From assembly GCA_964617525.1 (NCBI GenBank), contig CAZTWG010000004.1, positions 1 to 22,822 of the forward strand: a DNA stretch of 22,822 nucleotides, in the 5' to 3' direction. Every line of letters starts with the position of its first letter. Positions within the stretch are counted from its first letter, which is position 1. This document shows positions 15,941 to 22,822 of this stretch, piece after piece. Both the position numbers and the translations under genes were made by a program. The DNA is from an uncultured Gammaproteobacteria bacterium (lineage in GTDB: Bacteria; Patescibacteriota; Patescibacteriia; UBA2591; UBA6264). The notes below the pieces were generated by a model. It searched no databases. It was not told where the DNA came from and was given only the letters and a program-made list of their open reading frames with translations.

Positions 15941-16855
15941 CTACCTCTCTGTCTTTACTCTCAATTTTTGTCCATTACTTTCAAATATTATATCACCTTT
16001 TTTATCAGTACGCAAGACATTAGCGTTAACTTTTCTTAAATTATCTAAAACCCTTAGACTAGGATGGCCAAAACCATTATTTTCCCCAACTGAAATAATC
16101 GCGTATTCTGGCTCAATTTCTTTTAAAAAATCCAAACCTGAAGAGTACTTTGAACCATGATGACCAATCTTTAAGACGTCAGCTTTCAAATCTAAATTTT
16201 GCGACATCAACTCTTTTTCTGTTTCTTTGGTGGCGTCGCCGGTCAGTAAAAAATCATTATCTTCATAATTCAACATTGCGACTAAAGAGAGAAAATTGCA
16301 ATCTCCTTCATTATCCTCTATTAATTCTTTTGAAGAAGGCCAGAGAAAATCAAAAAATAAATTATCCTTAAAAACCATTCTTTGTGGAGTATTGATAATA
16401 TATCTTTTAATATTTTTGGATTTTATTAAAGAATCAAATTCAATATAAGCTGGGCTATACCCTTCAAGCCCACTTTCTGCTACGGCGCTTACTGGCCAAC
16501 GTCGTAAAACTTCTACTAATCCCGTTAAATGATCTCCATCAGGATGCGTTAAAATCATTAAATCAATGTGTCTTTTTGTTATTGGGATATATTGGTCCAG
16601 TTTTCTGACAATACTTCTATCTGGCCCACCATCTATTAGAATATTTTGTTGAGGAGTTTGAATTAAAATCGCATCTCCTTGTCCTATATCTAAAAAAACA
16701 ACCCTTAATTCTGTCGAAAGAGGAGAAACAAAAAATAAAAAATATCCGAGAATAGTTAAATTAATAAAAAATAATATCCCAACTATTAATATAGATGTTG
16801 ATATAAATTTCTTAGATTTTTCTGATTTCTTTTTATTGAAAAAATCTAATCGCAT
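15941..16855 (-). CDS. Membrane-anchored MBL-fold hydrolase, equivalent to the ComEC/Rec2 C-terminal metallo-beta-lactamase domain
   Basis: 304 aa. One N-terminal TM helix, then VVFLDIGQGDAILIQTP..ILIDGGP, LTHPDGDHLTGL and KIGHHGS motifs typical of the ComEC MBL domain. Confidence 0.88.
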   Translation of the reverse strand: MRLDFFNKKKSEKSKKFISTSILIVGILFFINLTILGYFLFFVSPLSTELRVVFLDIGQGDAILIQTPQQNILIDGGPDRSIVRKLDQYIPITKRHIDLMILTHPDGDHLTGLVEVLRRWPVSAVAESGLEGYSPAYIEFDSLIKSKNIKRYIINTPQRMVFKDNLFFDFLWPSSKELIEDNEGDCNFLSLVAMLNYEDNDFLLTGDATKETEKELMSQNLDLKADVLKIGHHGSKYSSGLDFLKEIEPEYAIISVGENNGFGHPSLRVLDNLRKVNANVLRTDKKGDIIFESNGQKLRVKTER

Positions 16856-16867
16856 ATACTTAAATTA

Positions 16868-18337
16868 TTAGTCTTCGTTTTTTCCAGCAAAGTGTATGTT
16901 AATGAAAAACAGAATTATTAAAATATACATAATTAGCACGCCAAGCAAAGGGAAACCCATAATTACAAATGATAGATATGGAATGCCTGATAAAATTTTT
17001 GTTATTAAAATAATATAAGTTATTAGAATCCAAAGTGGCCAAAAAAATATTTGCGCCAACCAAAAATTTATGAAACTTGCGAATATAAAAAGAAAACCCA
17101 ATAACATTACTATAGGTATAACTAATAAAATTAGAATATTAGTAACAGGAGCTATCAAAGATAGGTTGCCGAAATAATATAAAACCATCGGCAAAACTAA
17201 GATTTGAGCGCTGAAAGTGATACTTAGATAACTTCTTAATGGCAAAAACCTATAATCATGTATCTTTTTAAACCATTTATTAAATAATTTGTAGAAAAGA
17301 CAAATACCTAATACCGCCAAAAAAGATAATTGAAAGCCAATATCAAATATTAAAAATTTTGGATTGACCAATAACATTAACACTCCGACCAAAGCTAATG
17401 AATTCAACGCTGAATAGGGCCGTTCAATTTTACTGGCAAATAATAGAGCTAACCCCATTAGTCCAGCACGAATTGCTGAGGCAGGAGCTCCTATTAAAAT
17501 AATAAATAATGATATGATAAAAACTGTCGGCAAAAAAACTTTTTGTCGTTTAATTAAAAAAACATTTGTTAATAATATAGCAATAATTTGAATTAAAATA
17601 GCGATATGGAGTCCAGAAACAGCTAATAGGTGAGATGCTCCCGATAGACTAAACCAGTTTCTCATATCGGGAGGTATTTGCTTTTTAAGCCCTAATAATA
17701 TTGCTGACAAAAAAGTTGCTTGAGGCTCTGAAAAATTGGTTACAATAAAATTCAAACTCTTCTTTTTAAATTTTAAAATATTCGCGTAAATATTATTTGG
17801 TTTAGATTTTTCAATAACTTGAATCTTGGGCCAATAGCAAACAGAATAAATTCCATAACGAGATAAATAATTAGCATAATTAAAGTCACTTTGATTGTTT
17901 GGCTTTTCTATTTTGCACTTAACTTCTAATATATCACCATATTGATAGTTAGAATATAAAGGAGCACTAATCAAAACTTTTCCGTTTAAATTTTTGTTTC
18001 CAACAACAATATCGCCAAGTGTAATTTTGACCTTATCGAGACGTTCATCTATCTCTTTGACTATCTTGCCCTGAAAAACGATTTTTTCGTTATTATAAAA
18101 AGCAATATGATTTTCATCTATTGATTCTTCCCTGAATTGATAATAAATTATTCCTATAATAAAAAAAATAAAAATAAGAAGAAACACTTTGCTCTTCTTA
18201 TTAAGAATAAATAACATTAATAGTATGAATGCGGAAATAAAGTAAATAAAAAAAGAAGGGATGAATAAAAAAGATGCTATGCCTATTCCTAGAGTAAAAG
18301 ATAATAGACAATAAAAAAATATTTTAGACAAAGTCAT
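16868..18337 (-). CDS. comEC: ComEC/Rec2 DNA internalization channel, N-terminal part (OB/DUF4131 plus competence TM domain) without the MBL domain
   Basis: 489 aa polytopic protein. LSGASHLLAVSGLHIAIL is the conserved ComEC competence-domain motif. Ends with TAA TAA, 4 codons before the next ATG in the same frame. Confidence 0.88.
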   Translation of the reverse strand: MTLSKIFFYCLLSFTLGIGIASFLFIPSFFIYFISAFILLMLFILNKKSKVFLLIFIFFIIGIIYYQFREESIDENHIAFYNNEKIVFQGKIVKEIDERLDKVKITLGDIVVGNKNLNGKVLISAPLYSNYQYGDILEVKCKIEKPNNQSDFNYANYLSRYGIYSVCYWPKIQVIEKSKPNNIYANILKFKKKSLNFIVTNFSEPQATFLSAILLGLKKQIPPDMRNWFSLSGASHLLAVSGLHIAILIQIIAILLTNVFLIKRQKVFLPTVFIISLFIILIGAPASAIRAGLMGLALLFASKIERPYSALNSLALVGVLMLLVNPKFLIFDIGFQLSFLAVLGICLFYKLFNKWFKKIHDYRFLPLRSYLSITFSAQILVLPMVLYYFGNLSLIAPVTNILILLVIPIVMLLGFLFIFASFINFWLAQIFFWPLWILITYIILITKILSGIPYLSFVIMGFPLLGVLIMYILIILFFINIHFAGKNED

Positions 18338-18345
18338 AACATGCC

Positions 18346-20184
18346 TTATTCTACTGTAACACTTTTAGCTAAATTACGTGGCTTGTCTACATCACACCCA
18401 CGCTTTACGGCAATATAGTAAGATAATAATTGTAAGGGAATAACGTTTAATATTGGAGATAAAAAATCAATGGTTTCGGGGACATAAATCACCTGAGAGG
18501 ATAAGCGTTTGATTGTTTTATCTCCTTTGTTGGCTATAATCAAAATATTTCCACCTCTAGCTTTTATTTCTTCTATATTAGTTACTATCTTTCTATAAAT
18601 CAAATGCTCTTTATTGGTAGCAATTATAACAACTGGCATATCCTTATCAATTAAAGCAATTGGCCCATGTTTTATTTCAGCAGCAGGGTAACCTTCGGCG
18701 TGGATATAAGAAATCTCTTTTAATTTTAAAGCTCCCTCCAAAGCTGTTGGAAAATTATACCCTCTCCCTAAATATAAAATATTTTTAAACCTATAATATT
18801 TTTCAGCGATTACTTGAATTTTTTTGTTATCCGACAAAATTTCTTCAACCTGTTGAGGAAGTTTTTCTAACGCGGAAATATACTTTGTAAGCTGTTTCTT
18901 GTTTATCAACCCCTTTTTTGACCCTAAAAATAATGACAAAACAGATAATAAAGTAATCTGCGAGGTGAATGCTTTCGTTGAAGCAACTCCAATCTCTGGA
19001 CCAGCATGAATATAAATCCCAGCATCTGATTCGCGAGCAATTGTAGAGCCAACTACATTAACAATCCCAAAAACATGACCACCTTGCTTTTTTATCTTTC
19101 TTAATGACTCTAAGGTATCAGCTGTTTCTCCTGATTGGCTAATTACAAAATAAGATGTTTTTTTGTCAATTGGCGCGTCAGAATATCTAAATTCAGAAGC
19201 ATATTCAGTGCTAGCCGGAACATTAACTAAACTTTCAAAAAGATACTTAGCTATCAATCCAGCATGCCATGAAGTCCCGCAAGCCAAAAAGACCATCGTT
19301 GGAGATTCAGATATAAAATCAAGCCATTCGTCTAGTCCTCCCAGTTTAATCATTCCCGACTTTTTAAAGATACGACCCCTAATAGCATTAGATATTGTCT
19401 CTGGTTGTTTAAATATTTCTTTAAGCATAAAATGAGAAAAGCCATCTTTCTCAATTTTCTCTAGATCTAATTCAATATTTTGAATTTCTTTTTTAACTTT
19501 TGAGTTTCCTAAATTTGTTATATTTAAACCACTACGGCTTAAGATTCCAATCTCACCATCATCTAAATAAATAACCTTTTTAGTGTGTTCAAGAATAGCA
19601 ACTGGGTCTGAAGCAACAATATATTCACCTTCAGAGCAGATACCAATCACAAGGGGACTACCCTTTTTAGCAACAATTAATTTGTCAGGCTCTTGTTCGC
19701 AAATAATTGCTAATCCATAAGCACCCTCTAATAAATTTAAAGCCTTCTGAACAGATTTCAATAAATTACCTTCATAATACTCTTCTATTAAATGCGCTAT
19801 TACTTCCGTGTCTGTTTTTGATTTAAACTTATGCCCTTTCTCAATTAGCCATTTTTTTAAAGATTGATAATTCTCAATAATCCCATTATGCACTAAAAAT
19901 ATTTTTTTATGACAATCAAAATGCGGATGAGCGTTATCTTCACTTGGCTCTCCGTGAGTTGCCCAACGATTATGAGCAACAACCAAATGACTTTCTTCTG
20001 GGTTAGAATAAAATCTTTCTTCAAGGACAGCAACATTGCCTTTTGTCTTTCGGCAAACAATTTTATCGTCAAATAAAGCAGCTAAACCAGCAGAATCATA
20101 GCCACGATATTCTAATCGTTTTAACCCTTTAAGACTAATCTCTATTCCATTTTTGGGGCCAATATAGCCAACAATTCCACACAT
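18346..20184 (-). CDS. glmS: Glutamine--fructose-6-phosphate aminotransferase (isomerizing)
   Basis: 612 aa. MCGIVGYIG Ntn-Cys start, two SIS domains, C-terminus AKSVTVE. Confidence 0.97.
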   Translation of the reverse strand: MCGIVGYIGPKNGIEISLKGLKRLEYRGYDSAGLAALFDDKIVCRKTKGNVAVLEERFYSNPEESHLVVAHNRWATHGEPSEDNAHPHFDCHKKIFLVHNGIIENYQSLKKWLIEKGHKFKSKTDTEVIAHLIEEYYEGNLLKSVQKALNLLEGAYGLAIICEQEPDKLIVAKKGSPLVIGICSEGEYIVASDPVAILEHTKKVIYLDDGEIGILSRSGLNITNLGNSKVKKEIQNIELDLEKIEKDGFSHFMLKEIFKQPETISNAIRGRIFKKSGMIKLGGLDEWLDFISESPTMVFLACGTSWHAGLIAKYLFESLVNVPASTEYASEFRYSDAPIDKKTSYFVISQSGETADTLESLRKIKKQGGHVFGIVNVVGSTIARESDAGIYIHAGPEIGVASTKAFTSQITLLSVLSLFLGSKKGLINKKQLTKYISALEKLPQQVEEILSDNKKIQVIAEKYYRFKNILYLGRGYNFPTALEGALKLKEISYIHAEGYPAAEIKHGPIALIDKDMPVVIIATNKEHLIYRKIVTNIEEIKARGGNILIIANKGDKTIKRLSSQVIYVPETIDFLSPILNVIPLQLLSYYIAVKRGCDVDKPRNLAKSVTVE

Positions 20185-20204
20185 ATAATTTATGTTAAGA
20201 TTGC

Positions 20205-21302
20205 TTATCTTCTATTTTTTTTGAGCGAACTTTCAATTATTTCTTCTAAATCTCCATCTAAAATCTTTTCTGGATTATTTGTCTCGTATCCTGTTCTTAA
20301 GTCTTTAACCATCTTATATGGATGCAAGACATAAGAACGAATTTGATTCCCCCATGAGGCTGACTTAAATTCTCCTCGCAAACTTGCCTTTTCTTCCTCT
20401 AGTTCAGCTTGAGCATAATGATAAAGTTTTGATCTTAGAACTTTCATTGCCCTTTCCTTGTTCTGCGACTGAGACCTTTCTGACTGACAACTAACAGTAA
20501 TCTTAGTGGGGAGATGAACAACACGAACTGCTGTCTCATTTTTCTGGACATTCTGTCCGCCATGGCCAGAAGACAAAAAAGTATCAATCCTTAAATCATC
20601 TGGATTGATTTCTACTTCTATCTCATCCATTTCAGGTAAAACACTTACCATAGCGAAGGATGTATGTCTCATTTTTTCAGCATCAAACGGGGAAATTCTG
20701 ACTAAACGATGAACACCCGCTTCTTCTTTTAAAAAGCCATAAGCAAACTGTCCCTCTATTTCTACAGTAACACTTTTAATGCCCGCCTCTACCCCCTTAG
20801 ATTGTTCAATAATACGAGTATTCCATCCTTTTCTTTCAGCAAACCTCAAATACATTCTTAAAAGCATTTCCGTCCAGTCCTGGGCATCTACCCCGCCAGC
20901 CCCAGCAAAAATAGAAAAAAGCGCGTCACTTTTATCATGTTTGCCAGATAAAAAAGTTATCTTTTCTAGATGGATTAAATCTTTTCTAATTTTACTAAAT
21001 TCCTTTTCAATATCTTTTCTTAAAGTTACTGTCTGATCATCTTTGTCTAAAATAGCTATTTCTAAACAATCTTTTATAGATGTTTGTAAATCTTGCCATT
21101 TATCCAATGTATTTTTAAAATCTGCCAATTCTTTTGATTTGCTACTTGCTTGTTCTCGATTTTTCCAAAAATCTGGATGAGCCATTTCTATTTCTAATTG
21201 TTTAACTTTTCCTTTCATACCACCAATATCAAAAAAATCCCGCATTTTAGCCAGCCGTTGTTTAAAATTATTTAACTCTAAAATCAATTCTGTCATTTCC
21301 AT
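20205..21302 (-). CDS. prfB: Peptide chain release factor 2 (single uninterrupted ORF)
   Basis: SPF tripeptide (VRISPFD) and GGQ (SGHGGQNVQK). Start trimmed to the ATG at 21302 (MEMTELILEL...; the ATG at 21296 is also possible) because the track's upstream residues overlap a promoter-like TGATATAAT. Confidence 0.93.
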   Translation of the reverse strand: MEMTELILELNNFKQRLAKMRDFFDIGGMKGKVKQLEIEMAHPDFWKNREQASSKSKELADFKNTLDKWQDLQTSIKDCLEIAILDKDDQTVTLRKDIEKEFSKIRKDLIHLEKITFLSGKHDKSDALFSIFAGAGGVDAQDWTEMLLRMYLRFAERKGWNTRIIEQSKGVEAGIKSVTVEIEGQFAYGFLKEEAGVHRLVRISPFDAEKMRHTSFAMVSVLPEMDEIEVEINPDDLRIDTFLSSGHGGQNVQKNETAVRVVHLPTKITVSCQSERSQSQNKERAMKVLRSKLYHYAQAELEEEKASLRGEFKSASWGNQIRSYVLHPYKMVKDLRTGYETNNPEKILDGDLEEIIESSLKKNRR

Positions 21303-21309
21303 ATCTATT

Positions 21310-21338
21310 ATTATATCAAAATATATAAATCCAGACAA
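21310..21338 (-). promoter_or_regulatory. Extended -10 promoter candidate for prfB, positioned for a leaderless transcript
   Basis: Minus strand TTGTCT (21338-21333), a 17-nt spacer ending in TGa, then TATAAT (21315-21310), then 7 nt to the ATG at 21302. Lies immediately downstream of the htrA terminator. Confidence 0.45.
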
Positions 21339-21340
21339 TC

Positions 21341-21369
21341 AATAAAAGTTTGGAGGCTAAGCCTCCAAA
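21341..21369 (-). terminator. Rho-independent terminator downstream of htrA
   Basis: Perfect 9-bp stem tttggaggc / gcctccaaa with a 3-nt loop (21349-21369), followed on the minus strand by cttttatt. Confidence 0.65.
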
Positions 21370-21396
21370 CTTTACTTACACCAGTTAAAAAGGTTA

Positions 21397-22806
21397 TTAT
21401 TCTGCGTGCTTCTTATATTCTTCTAAAATTACATTGACCATTTTCTCTTCGCCTTGGTGATACACCTTTAATTCAATCTCATCTCCTGGGTTATATTTCC
21501 GTATTTCTTTGGATAGAGAATTTTCTGAAGTAATTTTTTCTTTGTTTACTTCTAAGATAATATCATTTTCAACTAAACCTGCTTTATTAGCTGGAGAGCC
21601 AGGGATAATAGCCAAGTCAGATTCTGTTTCTCCCTTCACAATTAAAGCTCCATAGTCAATTTCTAAATTATTTTTCTCAGCAATATTTTTGTTTATTAAT
21701 ACATATCTCACGCCTATATATGGACGGACAATATAGCCATATTTTTTAACACTTTCGACAGCCTGTTTTGCCTGATTTATTGGTATCGCAAATCCTATCA
21801 ATTGACCCTCTCGACTAATAGCTGTATTAATGCCGATTACTTCTCCCTGTAAATTAATTAAAGGTCCACCAGAATTACCAAAATTAATGGCTGCATCAGT
21901 TTGAATTACATTTTCTAAAGTTTCAGACCAACCAAATGTATCGCCAGCAACTACTCGCCTACTAATCCCACTAATAACGCCCTTGGTGACTGTATTACGA
22001 TACTCTCCTAAAGCATTTCCAATGGCGATAACCGTTTGCCCGTTTTTTAATTTATCTGAATCTCCAAAAACAATCTCAGACAAACCAGAAGCTTCTATCT
22101 TTAAAATTGCGATATCATTAAACGGATCACGAGCCAAAACTTCAGCTACATATTCTTTGCCGTCATTGGTTATAACACTATATTCAGCTTCAGTATCAGA
22201 GACTACATGCTTGTTAGTCAAAATAAGACCATCTTTACTTGAGATAACAAAACCAGTACCACCTCCAATTTGTCGCATCTCTTTTTTCTCTTCTTGTGGT
22301 GGATTTGGTCCCCAATTTTCTGGTATCCGCGGACCATTATAAAGATCGTCTGGGGATGAAGACCAGTTTTTAAAAAAATCATCAAATAAAGATTGTGTGT
22401 TGTCATAATAAGTGCTAACCTCTTTGGTAACTATAACACTAACAACAGATGGACTCGCTTGCTCTACGGCTATAGTCGCATCTTGATTTGATAAAGATAA
22501 AGAAACATTTCCATCATGTTTGATAATCTGCGGAGCAACAATAGAAGAAGTGGTAATAAAATCTGTCAAAAAATAACTACCAGCATAATATCCAGCAAAG
22601 CCACCTGCAATTGCGCCAATAACCATACTTACTAACATTACTCCCATAATAGGTCTTAACTTAAAACGAAAGGTAAAAAAGGTGCCTAGTTTTTTCTTTT
22701 TTAATGGAGGTTTTTTTTCTGTCCAAATAACTTTTGCTTCCTCTTCTCCTTTTTCTTTTTTGAGAAAATTAGGTTTTGGATGAGAAAGTATTTTTTTAAA
22801 AAACAT
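21397..22806 (-). CDS. htrA: HtrA/DegP-family serine protease, N-terminal TM anchor plus one PDZ domain
   Basis: 469 aa. Triad contexts TNKHVV, DIAILK, GNSGGPL. C-terminal PDZ (GSPANKAGLVENDIILEVN). TM helix IMGVMLVSMVIGAIAGGFAGYYAG. The exact start is uncertain (M1 versus the internal M54). Confidence 0.92.
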   Translation of the reverse strand: MFFKKILSHPKPNFLKKEKGEEEAKVIWTEKKPPLKKKKLGTFFTFRFKLRPIMGVMLVSMVIGAIAGGFAGYYAGSYFLTDFITTSSIVAPQIIKHDGNVSLSLSNQDATIAVEQASPSVVSVIVTKEVSTYYDNTQSLFDDFFKNWSSSPDDLYNGPRIPENWGPNPPQEEKKEMRQIGGGTGFVISSKDGLILTNKHVVSDTEAEYSVITNDGKEYVAEVLARDPFNDIAILKIEASGLSEIVFGDSDKLKNGQTVIAIGNALGEYRNTVTKGVISGISRRVVAGDTFGWSETLENVIQTDAAINFGNSGGPLINLQGEVIGINTAISREGQLIGFAIPINQAKQAVESVKKYGYIVRPYIGVRYVLINKNIAEKNNLEIDYGALIVKGETESDLAIIPGSPANKAGLVENDIILEVNKEKITSENSLSKEIRKYNPGDEIELKVYHQGEEKMVNVILEEYKKHAE

Positions 22807-22822
22807 AAACGTAATATTAGAT

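Noticed and set aside
20185-20204. glmS ribozyme upstream of glmS
   Set aside because: Only 20 AT-rich nt separate the prfB stop and the glmS ATG, which leaves no room for the ~170 nt ribozyme.

Overview
All supported genes (32 CDS) lie on the minus strand of a visibly AT-rich sequence. This is a core housekeeping locus. In transcription order (high to low coordinates) it reads: htrA-like protease, prfB, glmS, comEC split into two ORFs, ndk, tuf, then the S10/spc ribosomal-protein cluster (rpsJ rplC rplD rplW rplB rpsS rplV rpsC rplP rpmC rpsQ rplN rplX rplE rpsN rpsH rplF rplR rpsE rplO), secY, adk, map, ruvX and a partial MraY/WecA-family transferase. rpmD (L30) is missing between rpsE and rplO, several r-proteins carry Lys/Ser-rich extensions, and most starts lack a Shine-Dalgarno. 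Together these fit a small-genome Candidate Phyla Radiation (Patescibacteria)-like bacterium, but that placement is inference. TGA ends conserved genes and RF2 is present, so the standard bacterial code applies. I see no tRNA, rRNA, CRISPR array, transposase or defence genes, and I cannot support a novel multi-gene system here. The least explained signal is a family of ~90-105 nt hairpin-forming elements. They fill two normally tight spacers (rplV-rpsC and rplD-rplW), with a probable degenerate third copy in the long rpsJ-rplC spacer. Their G:U wobble pattern favours folding on the antisense (+) strand. Other points worth a second look: a sense-strand intrinsic terminator between rpsJ and rplC, the L22 and L23 extensions next to the elements, a Cys4 insert in EF-Tu, the same-frame split of comEC, an unframeshifted and possibly leaderless prfB, and an orphan AGGAGG upstream of rpsH.
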